From: Lepidodermella squamata
Lineage: Eukaryota > Animalia > Gastrotricha
NCBI GenBank assembly: GCA_047495785.1
Contig: JBLDXI010000041.1
Span: 1-64,000, forward strand
DNA length: 64,000 nt
Direction: 5' to 3'
Shown: piece after piece, positions 49,825-64,000 of the stretch
Numbering within the stretch: the first letter of the stretch is position 1
How the letters are laid out: each line of letters starts with the position of its first letter
The notes under the pieces: model-generated
Told to the model about the DNA's origin: nothing
Seen by the model: the letters and a program-made list of their open reading frames with translations, nothing else
Database searches by the model: none
Position numbers and translations under genes: made by a program

Positions 49825-50083
49825 ATGCACGCGAAAGTCATAGCCGTTCTGATTCTGTCGATGATAGTAGTTGCTGAACTGAGTTCGGCTGCTCCACAGA
49901 AGCGTAGCGCTGAGTGGTCTCTAAATGAATTGTTGGACCAAGTCGCAGATCAGGCTATTGGTGAGTCACCCGACAGCTCGGAAGCCAAGCGAGAGTGGGA
50001 TGTTGAGGTAGGAATTTCATCACATGGTTGACGCAGTGTCATAATTTTGTTATCCCTAGTCGAGTCTTGGTTGGGGTAAATGA
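49825..50083 (+). CDS. Neuropeptide precursor paralog, predicted product EWDVESSLGW-amide
   Basis: Signal peptide, two KR sites and a GT-AG intron at 50008-50059 that yields ...KREWDVE|SSLGWGK*. Confidence 0.85.
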
Positions 50084-51374
50084 ATGCTGATCTCGCTCGA
50101 ATCATACAGTCACGCTAAATTGTTTGATCCGTGAATTGGTATTGCGTAAATTTGTTCATCTTGCCGCACCCAGTGATTTCATGTTTACCATTACTTGCAC
50201 TCCATGAATTTCGCAGAGAACGTCTCATGCTAGCTGGAAAATGCTGCAGCTCTTGTAATAATCCAATAAAGAAATAGCAGGTTTTGATGAAAGCAATTCA
50301 AACAACACCACGGCGTAAATGTTTCGAAGTTTTTATTTTGAAACTCCATCTCAATTCCAAAATAGTAGCGGTCAGCTGTTCAAGTTTATAGTATCGAAAG
50401 AAAACTGTTCTATATTACCGATAGCTTTGACAATAAGATGGATTTTTTCCCACATGCACATTTTCGGAAGCTGTTCATGATATTTATTCGGTTGACGCAA
50501 AAAGCAGGCGAATATTTAACCTCAAGACTTGAAGAGTTTTTCAATCAATCAATCAATAATACGTTACAATAATAAATTCAAAATCAACAATAATAACTAT
50601 TTACTAATTAGTGCATAATAATCAGTATGATTTATTCTCTCAATTACTATGCTTAGAGCGGAAAATAGCGTATCCGCATACCCTGCAAATGATCTCAAAG
50701 AGCTCGAGGGCAGAAAGTTCAAGTCAGGCGTTTCAACTGCACGTGCATCTAGGGATATGAAGATTGGGGTCCATTACATTGATCGCATAGAGAAGAGCTA
50801 GCGATAAAAACTGGGACAGGTGAGACAAAATAGAAATACTTCGGAGGTTGCAATATTTCAGCGGCTGATCGTTTTTGCAATGACTGCATTAGGCAGAGCG
50901 GATGAGCTATTGGTCAAGTCTACACGATGGAAGAACTTGGAGATTGATGCAACTTTCTTGAGACTGTTATAGTGGGCAAAAAGACCAGGCAGTTCATGGT
51001 TCATAGATGTGGCGACTGAGAAAATGGCAAAATCTTCAACGCCATAGAAATTATTAGAATAGGTTAAAATATCAAGCACTCATTTTTCCAAATCCGTAGA
51101 TTACAAAAGAAAACAATGAACGCTAGCAAACGCAAGTTATTAGAGATTCCCAACAGACGGAATGATTTCCCGGTTTTGAAACGGTGCTGCCGGCCAGCAA
51201 CACCTCCAGCGCGCTGGCGAGCTTCTACAAATGTATTCAAGATCGAAAGCTTGAAGGGAGCACGCGAGAAATTCAAGTAAGAAAAAATATCAATATTTGC
51301 ATTTGAGTTATAATTATAATAGGTATTCTAGTACTTCTCAGTAACAAAACTAGAAATTATCGACAATGCTCTAT

Positions 51375-54300
51375 TCATAATCTTGTACCGAAAACATCGT
51401 CGTTGTCAGGGTCACGGCTAGGCCTCGCCTCCGCAGACTCGAAATTCCCGTTTTCAGGCTCGTTCGGCACCGCGTTGTCGACTTCCTCGAACTCAGTGGC
51501 GAGGGCTTCGCAAGAATGGCGCATCGAGGCTAGGTCCGATTCCGAAACTTCAGTTACAGGCGTTTCCGTCATACGTGGTGCTTCCGAAGCTGTTCGTTGA
51601 TGGCCAGTCGAAACGAGCCCGGCCAACCTTGCAGTACTTGACAACGCGGACGGTTGCAGCCGACCGGGGCGCACCTGTTGCTGACTGACAGCCCTGAAAT
51701 GTACAAGAAAAATTATCAACTCATTCAAACATGAGAGTTTGATTTTTAGAAAATGCACTCAGCCCCTGTAGTGACGGTGAAGGCATCTATTTACTCAGGT
51801 TTAGCAAGTTAGTTTAGCAAGTTAGTAGCTCTTGGCCAGCAAAGACGTTAGGATTTCTAACAAACGCAAACCGACTAAAACCGTAATCCTGCATGATTGA
51901 GAAGATTGAGACTATTGTATGTTATTCTTGCTACATAAGAATTTCTTTCAACCACATGCTCAGTAAGTATCCCAAGAGATATAGATTGCCGATGTATGGT
52001 AGAAGATAAAACAAATAAATTCTCTGAAATAAACACCCGAGAAAACTTATAGGTGACCTTTTGTAAAATTAGGAAACACCAAACCACAATTGTGAAGCCA
52101 AATACAGTGAAAGGCCATGTTAGTAAAAGCAATATCGAACTACAAAGCACCCGAAATACTGACTGCACTCTACACACTAGGAAATTTTTGTACACCATGA
52201 TCATGCAAACCTCGAATCAGTTTGGTAAGTCGGAGTAACGGGCGATGATGCACGACGTACAACACTAACGGGACATTCGCAACATTTAAAGTTGAAGCAA
52301 ATGCGATGCAATTAAAAATAATCACGTGACTTACCCCAATTGCTGTTTGATAGAAGGGCCTCTTTTGGCTAATCGAATGGATTCGCGGGCACCAGGTACC
52401 AGCCAGCTTTGCACAAGTCGACCGGTTGTGATGAGCCGGCCGTATCCTTCCGATTGCGAGAACGCGAAGCTCGAGCGGTGGCGCTGAATGCCTGCGGCTC
52501 CCGAAGTCGGAGCAGTCGCCAGACGCTGGCGAGCTGAGAGGACTGACGGCGAGAAAATGGACGTGATTCCGCCTCCTGGCGCCAGATTGCTCGTGCCTGT
52601 AGCTGACGTCGGGCGCGGCAGAGTCGATGACGACGTGGCAGACGGGGGGAACTGCTTATCACGAACTTCTTGCTGTAGGATACGTGCTCTCACAGAGAGT
52701 GTGGGCCGAATGCGCCAGTAGAAAAATTTGAGCGCAAAAATCGGAAGCGTGCATATGGTTATCGCAATGATAGCGAGCAACCAAAACAGTGGTGATAGCC
52801 ACACGTGCGTGAACACGTGTACAAATTTAAAGGCTGCGGCATCCGGGTCGCTCTCATAGAACACGGGGCTGTGCACGAATGCGGTCATGGCGAAGAAGAA
52901 CGCCAAGCTGCCCCAGATGAAGAAGTGATGCAGGCCAGTCCAGAAGTTGGTCACCATAGCAATGCGAAATGTTACCAATAGCATCAGCACCGTATCAGTT
53001 GCAATAGCAACCGATTGTAGATCCGCCACCTGACTAGAGGTGTCGGCAAGGCCTAGGAATATGGTCATCATAATGATCAACGCGCAAAACGTTCCATCCA
53101 GAATAGAGAAAAGAAACGCTCGCCAATTGAATAGCGCATTTTGCTTGCCAGGCTCGTACAGGCGAGGTAACGCCACGGAGTAAAAATCGTTGACATCTTG
53201 CTCGAAACACGACAGAATTAGCACGGGCCAAGACGTCAGAAATAGATTGTAAACGGTAATAAACTCCTCGGATAAAATTGGCTGGGCAGTGAAGCCGCAG
53301 AAAAACGAGAAGAACAGGTGTAAAATAGTGAACGAAAAGTTTTTGAAGAAAAAGAAGTTGAGAAAGGCAGCAATGCGACGGTAGCCCCATCGACCGTGAA
53401 CAAATAGCAGCCGTTGCAGGTAGCGAAATTGCGCGATTGAATAATCGGATGCGTATACTGCCTGTAGGCCTTCCTGGCCCGATATTCCGACGCCGATGTG
53501 CGCAGTTTTGATCATACCCACGTCATTAGCGCCGTCACCGATCGCTAACGTCGTCACACCAAGACGGCGTTTCGCCATGTCAACGACAAGAGACTTCTGC
53601 AATGGCGTCACGCGACAACACATGACAGTGGTGCACTTCCTCGCCACTGTGATCAAGTCTTCCTCGACACCAGGCACTCCAAATGCATGCTCGAGAGCTA
53701 GTCCACTGATAACCAGGGCGAATCCACCGAACTTCTCGCGCGGCGGAACAGGGCTTGGGGTTGGGCAGGATATCACACTCGGAGAAGAGGCAACGAATGA
53801 AGTCAACGACGAAGACATGGACATCAAATGTCCTGAGCTAAGGTATGAACGAATCGGCGTTTCGCCGGGTACAAATCGTTCGATTTGGTTGCGGATGTCT
53901 TTTAGCCTAGTGGCGACTTCATAAGAGGTGCCATCATCAATCACAAAATCCTGCATAGCGGGCGTTAATAGACTGCACGAATAGCCAATATTAACTGCAG
54001 TTTCGAGTTTGTCTCCGGTCAATACCCATACTTTTATTCCGGCTGCAGTCAACTTGTGCAGTGTTTCTGGAACGCCTTGTTGGAGTTTGTCTTCTATGGC
54101 GGTAGCACCGAGTAACATGTAGTCACGTTCAACCTCATCAAACGCAGCATCCAGCGCTTTCTGCCTGATGTCGTTGTCAACAATTTGATTGGCGGTGTTG
54201 AAGCGCTCGTTCCAGCCTTTATAGAATTCGAAATCGAACTCGCGCTTGCAAATAACTAGCGTTCTCAAGCCAGACAGCGCAAAAGAATCCAAATGCTGTT

Positions 54301-56931
54301 GTGTCTGATTACGCAATGCATCTTGACCAGGAGCGAGACGAGAAAACATGATGGAATCGGCACCCTTTGACAAAATAAATATTCGGCTGCGGTGCTGAAG
54401 AATGACTGACATGCGTTTTCGATCAGAGTTGAAATCAATGATCTGCAAGAGTTCGTAAGCCTCCGAAGAGCCATTTACTTCAATCACAACACTCTCTGAT
54501 GAACGGCATTTGTAAACGAAGCCGAAGTTGCGGGCTGCCGAGACGAGCGCACCTTCATCCGGCGACTGTGCCTGGTATATCAGCTCTCCATTCTTGGTGT
54601 CAGACATCACCGTATGGCAAAGAGAGAGAGAGCGGAGAAATTCGATCACGGGCGGCTTGCCTTCGGAAACGGCATCAACCAACCGCTGGTCGAACCAATA
54701 AAAATTGCGCTCAGCCATTGGGTTCCATGAAAAACCAATACGGTAACGCTCGCGATTAGCGTCTGTTATTTCGACAGGTCGGCCATTTACCAAGCACGGC
54801 CCGTAACACTCGCCTCCAATCGAGCACTTGTTGAATGTCATCACATTCTGTGTCAAGGTGCCCGTTTTATCGGAGAAGATGTATTCGATTTGTCCGAGTT
54901 GCTCACTGAGGGTGGTCGTGTTAACGTTAGCCGGCTGGTCTTTAGGAGCGTAGTACATCTTCAGGTCAGAATTTATCCACTGCGAGTTTATGAAACGAAA
55001 TACTTCGACACTACAAAACAAAAAACAGTTACATGTAAACTTGCTGCAGAAGAACCGCAGATTATCTCATTTTAAAATTGTCAACTATTTTAATATGTAT
55101 TAAAAATTACAAGGTTCGATGATCAACTCGATCGTTAACTCAAAAAAACCATAATTTTTACGAAATCTAGTGCCGGAGTCTCAAATTTAGCATAAATCCT
55201 AATTTAGGGTGCACCTTTAGCATTTTTTACTGGTTATTCAATGAAAAACCAAAAAGATTTTCGTTTTTCGTTTCGTTTAAAAAACCCAACAATGATAACT
55301 TACGTTACAACTAGGCTGATGGGCACCAGAGTATTGAGCAGAATTAAATACGAAAAAAATCGTACGAATGCGGAGAAGATTGATGAACCAGACTGTTGCA
55401 CGAAGGCAAGTTCGAAATAGTAATCCGCTGTCAATTCAGGAATGAACGTCGCCAGAGTGAGGAAGAAACAAAGAATTAGCAACAGGATAAAAATGGCCAG
55501 AATCTGACGATCGAGCATGATGTCGATGTTAGTTCTTTTTAGCTTTGCTTTTCCCGAATTGCGAACCAACTTTGTGTCGCGCCCGGCAAAGACCACCAAG
55601 CAGTAAATCCATTTCGTATTTCGGACGACGCATCCTCGAAGCAGTAGATGTTCATTCAAAAGTCTGAACTGCCTACCGCGCCATAGCAATATTCCGTCGA
55701 ATTTGTTCAGGTTGTTGTTAGGCTCCTCACAATGCACTTCACCATCAAAATTTGACAGCATATCCTCAGTGTTGATGCCTGTCATCTCCAGCAGTCCGTT
55801 TTTCACCTTCAAATTAGTTTCACCGTCCAGTTCCTTAGTCTCAACAAAGCATAAATTGTACAACTCGCTCGTTGATAGAATGAAACAATCAGCCTAACAG
55901 AGATGTGAATGTCAAACCTGAAGCAAATAATAAAAGCACTCACAGTAACGAAATCATCACATTCCAGCTTGATTATGTCGCCCACCACAACGTTTTCCCA
56001 GACTTCTTCGACTAGTTTGCCGTCTCTCACCAACAAACATCGTCGATTGTTCACTCGGTGATCGTTTTTATGCCGTTGCTATATCCAATGATTAAATTCG
56101 AATAAGCAATACGAAGCAAGTGCCAACTACTTACATAATCGTCATAGGCATCTTTGATCGCTGACATTGTTAGGACGAAAATCAGCGGCAAAATAGTGGT
56201 AACAGGGCTCAAAGATGTCATTACAGGGCAGAACTGCAAACATTATACACAAGTCAATGGAGACATTCATGGAAGTGTAAATAAGTCATACTTGAAGAAT
56301 GAGCAAAACGAGAAAATAAATGTTCGCTACTCTGTGGAACTGCTCGTACAGATTCCGTGGCAGGAAGGTAAATATATTGTATTTTGCAGTTTTGATCCGA
56401 TTGTTCTGAAAAAAGGCAATGAAGTGACAATAATTCAGGGCAGCTCAATAAGTTACTAACAGCGTATTGAAATTGAGAATTATGTTGCGGATTGTTAGCC
56501 TTGATGATTCGAGCTGCAAGAAAGCAGTACAGTTAAGACAAAGATCGCGAAATGGATAGAAAACGGTTACTCAATCTTTGCGTTCCTTGTGCATCTGGCG
56601 CACTTGATGCTAGCGAAGGGGCACTGCTCGCATGGTGCTTAGTGAAGGTCCGCCTATTGCTTCGACGATGAATCGATTGTGAAAGACGAGCGAGAGTTTT
56701 TGACGGATTGGCTAAGCTCACAACCTGACGAAAAAACGAAGATACTTGATGCAGAATGCGCGAGGAAGGCCGATTGACGGGTGTCTGTTGATGGGAGCAA
56801 TCCAGTGACGGCTGAACAATTTGCACGCTTGGTAGATTCTGTGCGGCATTGTTCGATTCAGACTCGCCAAGCCCAATATCAGGCTCGTGCGAAACAACGG
56901 CCGCCACATCTTGTAAACGTAGTGATGCCAT
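51375..56931 (-). CDS. ATP8B: P4-ATPase phospholipid flippase, ATP8B class
   Basis: [26 protein letters not shown] and regulatory tail [26 protein letters not shown] donor at ~52334 joins in frame to a last exon ending GTRL*. Confidence 0.95.
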
Positions 56932-57285
56932 TAAGGGCCAAGGTCCCTGTTGTAGTTCAGAACCAGCATGCTCGATCCATCAAAACGAATATAGCAAATT
57001 ATCTAAGCCATGAAGAGAGGAGATGAATCATTCAATAACAATTTATTCCCACCGAGGAACTGAGCTAGTAATTAAATCCTATATTTAAAATCTTATTTTG
57101 CACAACAGGGCACATTGATTTGAGTGAAAGTATCCAGCTTTTAAAGCTAGAAAAAAGACAATAGTACTGTGAGAAACAAAGATGGACGCTTCTAACACCG
57201 ATCAATGGCTTTAAATACCCGTTACAAGACGCGGTATTCAGACGAAGCTGGAGGCGACCAGTTGACACAACCACAAGACAAAATC

Positions 57286-58765
57286 TCACGCGAAATAATT
57301 TTTCAAAAAGTGGGCAGTGTTTTCGTAGACCAACATGGTTAACATGTTGGCAGGTGTAACTCGGATTAAAGCTGGCAGAAGGCCTTTGTATAACCCGCGG
57401 AAACCTTCGTATTTCATCATTTGAGATAAAACGTCTCCAAGGCCATTGTAGTGCCGATGCTGCTCTTGTAATCGCGACTTGACAACCTGTATCGGGTGAG
57501 TGACGCATGAAGCCGCTATTTTCGACAGTCCTCCAAATATCATGTACTCATGGCCAGACTATAATTAATTACGATGTATGCAAACATTAGGTACAAGACG
57601 AAAATCGGAAAGAAAACGCACCAATTTTGTTGTTATTGGCTGACCTAGGAATGCGTTGTATTGATTTTTAAACTCTTCGTATATCATGAATTGTATTGCA
57701 CCGTGGCTTATAGCGAACACACCAGGCAAGAAGCCCTTGTAGAGACCAAAAAAGCCACCCTCCAGCCATAGTGATCGAAAAGCTTGAGACATGGTTTGTT
57801 TCGTTCCCTTCGGACCATATTGCAGGCACATTCTTGTCTTGACGACCCATATCGGATTCGTGAGCAGCAGAGTCAAAAAGCCAGCCTGAGCTCCTGCAAG
57901 CAAGTGATGTCCCGGTGACAATGGCTTCGTAAGATCTCCATCTTGCATCCAAACTTTTATCTGCGTATAACTGGAAAATAACTCTGGTTAGAAGCGCGTT
58001 TATATTAAAATTTATCAGCATCCTTACAATAGAAAATAGAATCCCCAAGAAGTACCGGAGCCGATCACATTGACCAGGGACCCTTGATATAGACCGCGCA
58101 AACCGTCGTTGCGCACTATTTTTTGGAAACAGTCCACGATGCCGTTGTACGTAGGCCGGTTGACGGCGCCAGTACCCTCATTCACTAGAATCAAATTAAG
58201 GGCGACGAGAGAGCGGTTAAATTTCTGGAATCCGATATTATTTATTGGAAATCGCGACAATTTTTACACACTCAGATTGAGTGACGCAAACTGCTGGACG
58301 AAGTATCTAGTCATTATCGCAATTGCCGGGCCGTATCTTATATTCATAAGCGGCAATAAAATTGTAAATAAGACTTCTCCCGCTCGTACACACACATACA
58401 CACATACGAGGACATGAGAAGGTAGTGACGTACGTATTCGCCTGCAGTACTGCTATTCTACGCGCTTCACGGCTGCACTTATCCGTACACACAAACAACG
58501 GCTAAGCACGCGGCGTAAACAAACTCGTTTGTAAATTTCGCGATGCGCTGCAATGCTCACAGAATTAATTTTCAAACCTCTATCAAAGTTATTCAGCAGA
58601 TCGCCTTTTTCTTTCCATTCGCCGCGGATGAAACTTAACGCAACGCGTCTTACCTTGTAGCCGAACTTTGACTAGATCGAGAGGGTGCAGCAAGAAGGTA
58701 GGCACAACGCCGCCAAGCACGCCGGCAATAAAATCAGGATAGCGAATGTTGGCAAATAGAGACAT
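57286..58765 (-). CDS. SLC25A32: Mitochondrial folate/FAD carrier
   Basis: Three carrier signatures (HPLDLVKVRLQ, NPIWVVKTRMCLQY, HPIQVVKSRLQ), plus SWGFYF and SHGAIQFMIYEE. Confidence 0.92.
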
Positions 58766-59214
58766 TTTTATGTAGAGATCATTTAAAGACCTAAAAGAGA
58801 AACAAAAATCATTAAAAATGCGTTTCGTAAAAATAAGTTTTCTTTCACATCATTGCTCTGTCATCAATTTGCAGACACCAATTCAAAAAAATCGACACGA
58901 TATTGAACATGTGTACAGATAGCAAAATGCTTGGGTATGCATTCATTAAGAAAGTAAGGACGAAGATGAAATGAGCCTAAAATATTGTAATTGAGGCTAA
59001 ATTGTAAGTAGTAGACTATAAATGAGCGTATAAAATATCATCATGCCAACAAGAAACCAAAACTTGCAGTATAATAAAGAAAAAGAGGCATAAATTACGG
59101 CTCCAGTTGAGCCGCTCCTTATTTCGAAACGAGACAGGACATAAAAACAAGTAGCAATTTTTGTAATGAAAGCAGCGAGGAATGGCTTGCACACAGAAAA
59201 CGATCGCTCTGTGA

Positions 59215-62200
59215 CTATGAGTAAAAATCAAATGGCGAATTGCTCTCGCCAACACTGTGATCCGGCGATAACATGTCATCGGTAGCAGGGAGTACAGTAG
59301 TGCTCTGTACAGTCTGCGCAGCTTCGAACAAGGAGCTACTCGCCATTGGATTCGAAGTAAGAACTTGATTTCCAGCATGCTGACTGGCCTCAGAAACTGG
59401 TTCATTGGCATCATCAATCGGAATTGTTTCTTGCTTTTGGCTAACAAGTGACTGATCGTTTGAGCACTGCTCCGTTTTCACGGGTAACGAACTTTCTGGG
59501 ACAGTATATTTGTCCTCCGAAGTAGTTTCATTCCCCGATCTCGTTGATTCAAACTTTGAGTCATCCGCATTCTGAGATTTGGTCGATGGCAGAGAAAGCC
59601 ATGCAGGGATGAAATCAGGTTCGATTTCCAATCCCACCTTCTCGCTGAGCGTCTGCAGTATCTTGTTTAGCCGAGCCCGTTTGCGCGAGTTCTCCGCAGA
59701 TCCCAGTTTTGCCAGTGGAACTTCTTCGTCGTCGTCTGATGTGCTTGTTTTGGAGTCCCCAGATGGAGATCCCACAATATCTGAAGATGCATCCGAAACC
59801 GAAGGCATGTGCACGGCTTGTTTAGCCAGCTCCTCTCGACGAGATGCAAACATACGCTCGTGAATTTCGCCGGCCGTTAGGTTTCTCTCCGGCCGAAGAG
59901 GAACTAAGAAGCGATCGAATGCGTAGCGTTTAACACACGTCGATGACATGGGCTCGCTGAGCTTGTGCATCGCCTTTGCGTGCTTGTCGAGTCCGTTGTC
60001 GCAGATGAATACCAGATCCTCAGAAGTAGCAGCACGGGGCCGGCCGCGAGCATAAGTCACAGAATCTAGCACCCAGCACGGGCCAGAAATAATTTCTATG
60101 GGAAGCTTGTCGTACCAGAGGGTTGCGAGCACTTCCTTAGAATAAAATCGCTTTGTATGGTCGACATTGACTTCGAAAGGATACACCAGATGTACGCCGT
60201 ATATGAATTTGCGACCGCTGTAAAAAAAATCAGAAATAAGTGATTGAAAAATCTAGGTTACGCTTATGTGAGCTTACGTTTCGTCGATGTATAGACGATC
60301 GACGTAGAATATTCCCGGGTAAAGCTTGTCGATTTTGCAAAATGGCACATCGAAGGGTAAGGACTGACGGTTTATTATGTAGCACTCGTCGACACGCACT
60401 TGCAAACCTGACTTAGTGCACAGAGTGAGGAAATACCGGCAATTTTTGTTTGCATCAGCTGGCAATTGAGAAGTTGGTAAAGGCACATCGCGACTCGCCG
60501 TCGATTTTCCACACAAGTAGCAAACGTAACTGTCGGGCATTGCGTTCAAATTGATGCCGACACAATCCGTGTGCTGCCAAAGCTGGCATTTTTCGCACTG
60601 AACCATAGTGCCATCTTCATTCAACCGGCCGCAAATGCAACGAACAACATCTTCACTTTCGACTGCTGAAAAGACCTTACGAAAATCGGCGATCTCATTC
60701 TGGAAATCTCGCAACATTTTGTCGTAAGTATCAGCCAACTCGCAAAAAACAGCCTCGTGAGATTGACCCGGCTGTAGCAGCAAATGCCCAGCGAGCTTGA
60801 TGTTATCCAGTAAAAGACGCACATCATCATTAAACGCGTCAAAAGTTTGATATCGACCCGCTGTGATGTTTCTTTCAATTGTGGAAAAATCAATTGGGTG
60901 CGACACTAGATCGTAATAGTTCTGCGACTGTTTTCGCTTTGGCAAGTTAATGAATGGAGACGACGTTTGAACGCTATTAGCATCCCGATGCATCATCAAC
61001 GACGTCAAAAGCTGCTCAAGGAACAGCGCCATTTCAACGGACTTGGCCGTGGCCGCATCTTCCGCAAGGCGGCGCGTCGAAACTGATCTGTATGTCGACA
61101 ACGCCTTAAATTGAGCGGTGAATATTGCATTGGACGAGTTGGTTTGGCAAGAAGTATTGTTTAAACCACTGTGCGATATAACAACGCCAGTTTTTCGCTT
61201 TTTGCGCAAGAGAAGAGCGGTGATTTTGCGCGACATACTTCGAAGGTTTCGACGTAATAAAACACCTCTCTCAGTAATTATTTGCTGATCACGAGCTGGT
61301 AATGTGTGTTTTGGCGGGTTGGCTAGCCTCCAATTCTTTAGAGGTTGAACCATTTTCCTTGGGTTTGAGGGATCGAGCGAATTTCTACGTCCGCATGCAC
61401 CAATAAAGCCGCGACAATTTTTGGTACCGCACCTGCAAACTTGGCGGTTACCTTGGTCAAACCAGTTGAAGTTGTAGTCATAAGTCAGCTCTTCGCCAGG
61501 CTGAATGTCTCGCAATGCAAACAAACCAACCCGCGGTAAACCCAATACGGTCCATTTTTGCATTTGACAGTTGGGTTCGCAACTGTGATTCACAAAACGA
61601 GCCAATGATCCCATGCGATAGGCGTCAATGACCATACCAGCGTCCAAGTTGAAAGCATAGTGGTGCTCATCATTGGAGTACCATTCTGCCATGCGACGTT
61701 TAAACTCGCGTTCAGACACCACTTCGCCGGTGTATTCGATAATAAAGTCGCCCTTGACTATTGCTTTTTTCGCTCTAATACCACTGCCACATTCTTTTGT
61801 TTCGAATTTAACAATTTTCGTAATATCGCATCCAGTTTGAAATTGACGATTGGCACACTTGTCGATAACGGGGCACGAATCGGCGCTACATTCCACAAAC
61901 AAATCCCTGTGATATTTTTAAATGTTAAATAACATAACTTCAAAAAATTATAGACTCACCTGTTGATGCAACCATTCGCGCAGATAACATCATCGCTGAC
62001 TTCGCACTTGCATGATTCTGGGGGTTCTGCGCGTCCAACCGCAGCATGTCGCACCGTTGAAGTGTATACATTACTCCGGATTTTCTTGAAATTTTCGCCT
62101 GGATGGGCAGCACGAGAAATTAAATTGTACTTGTTTAACAGCCATACATCGTATGGTAATTCGAAATAAGACCGCTCGTAAAGAGTAGCAAGTGCTGCAG

Positions 62201-64000
62201 GAGGCGGCAACGGCAAGACACCAGCAGATGATCTCTCCATATTACCAAAAAGCTGCGATGGAGAATTGAACGGAGATGATCCGATAGTTTCAATTGAGAC
62301 CTCAGAGGTAGGCGAAGCAAGAGGAGAAAACTCACTCGAGCCTAAAACCGAGTTTTCTAAGGATCTCTCTTCCTTAAAAGTATCAGAGAACAGGCCAGCT
62401 AATTGATATTTCTTCTCCGCTTTCAGCTTTTTCAATATCAATTTTCCTGCAGCCTGATTTTTCTCGGCTCTGTTTAGCTTCTCGCGCGATGAATTCTCCA
62501 ATTTTGCAACCTTAGTCTTATCAACCTTCGTTACATCAGATTTTCGAATATCTGATACAGGTATTTCTTCTTTGGCATTGTTTTTCTTCACCTCGGTCTC
62601 GCTGCGACTCGGACGTCCACGTTTTCTTACGTTGAATTCAGAGTTCTGACAAGTCACAGGCTCAACGCTCTTGCTTGCCTTTACCATGGGCTTGGACTTG
62701 TTTGTTTCTATAACAAGCTCGTCAACTTTTGATGTCTGTGGCGATAATTTTAAAGATTTTGGCGGTCGACCGCGGCCTCTGCGCTCCGAAAACGCTATGC
62801 TACAAGATGTAACAGGAGGCACGGTTTTCTCCACAGCTCTCACGATTCTAGGTCTGCCCCGACCAGGCTTCGCAAGCGGTTTGATAGTCAAGGAAAGCGG
62901 AGGAATTGGCACAGAATGGGAAGCGGAGACTGCCTCGCCATCGTTTCCACCGTCTCTTTCAGTCAGCAGTTCTTGGCCTCCGGAACTGGAACGCGCTCGT
63001 AGACCGTATGAAGTCACTGAGCCAGCTTTAGCAGCAACTGTCATCTTCGCTTTCTTCAGCGATGAAAGCGTTCGACTGCTATTGCGAGTGCTATCAGATC
63101 GCTTTTTAGCTGGACGCCCGCTAGACGCTAGCGTGGTATCTTCGCAAGATGGTAAATGAGATCTCGAGGCAAGAATTTTCGACAACGAGATGCGAAGTTT
63201 GAGAGGTGGGCCACGCTGATCTACAGGTTCGACTCTCTCTGAAATAACCGTCTGATGATGAGCAGGCTTTGACTGAAAAGCGGGAGTATCATTAGATACT
63301 TTTGAAGTAGTTGCAGGGCTCGGCTTGGCTTTTACTGATAGATTGGTACGATTTGGATTTAAAAAAGCGGAGGCAGGAAAAGGCACAATCGAGGATTTCA
63401 TTCGATGCAACCTCTCCTCGTGTTCACGCTTGAGATCAAATAAAGAAGGGCGAAGATAACCTATAGCGGCCGACTGCCTCTCAACAAGTTTTTGAAAGGC
63501 CCCGGAGTCGAACGGCTGAGATTTGACAGGCTGATTGACGGCGTTTGGGGATAACTGCTTGTGCCGCTTTTTCGGTGGAAGTTGAGTGGAAAGTGCATTT
63601 TCTGGCACCACATCTTCGGATAAATTTTGCGGTATGGAAATACAGAAGCGTTTTCGATTCGTTATGACTTTAGCAGCAGACGAACAATCAGAAAACTTGT
63701 ATAACTTCAAACCGGAAGATCTAGAATTAGCTCGAACATTACTTCCATCCCCTTTCGATCTGAACTCAATTTGAATATTTGCTTTCGCTAGTTTGGTCAA
63801 TACAGCTTCGAGCATCTCTGGTGTTACAGGCGGACGAAGAGGCGGTTCCTCCTGCTTTGAAGAGGTTTCTTTTGATTTAACGAGTTTCTTCTCTTCTTTC
63901 TTCTCTGTCTTCAACTCAACGGCTGCGATCGGCGATTTTCTAGGACTTCGCTTACTACTGGCAGCGGCCGCTGAGCGTCTACTAGTCCGCTGATTAGAAG
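59215..64000 (-). CDS. ASH1L: ASH1-like H3K36 methyltransferase, 5'-partial
   Basis: AT-hooks (GRGRPR, RGRGRPP), AWS-SET (ARFVNHSCEPN, ELTYDY), post-SET, bromodomain, PHD (CICG..MVQCEKC..WQHTDC) and BAH. The frame stays open to the window end. Confidence 0.95.

Overview
This window is the left end of a chromosome from a compact invertebrate (metazoan) genome. It has a TTAGGG-type telomere, many 50-80 nt introns and tightly packed genes. The first ~1.8 kb is a chain of short unique segments separated by internal (CCCTAA)n tracts. Two segments share a structured 27-nt 3' end, a third ultra-short relic resembles that end, and a complete pseudoknotted type I hammerhead ribozyme lies just downstream of one tract. 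This architecture is what telomere-attaching, ribozyme-processed retroelements (Athena/terminon-like Penelope-like elements) would be expected to leave. Genes, in order: a tandem C2-like gene, FAAP24, a COUP-TF (NR2F) with a shortened D-box, STAM, AP3B (hosting three intronic U35/snR73-like C/D snoRNAs), DDA1, a ZnT zinc transporter with a very long His loop, a miRNA-class Argonaute, two paralogous single-copy xWDxExxxGW-amide neuropeptide precursors, an ATP8B flippase, SLC25A32 and a 5'-partial ASH1L. A patch of retroelement debris lies at ~45-47.3 kb. Exon structures were read by eye and family assignments come from recalled motifs; no database search was run.
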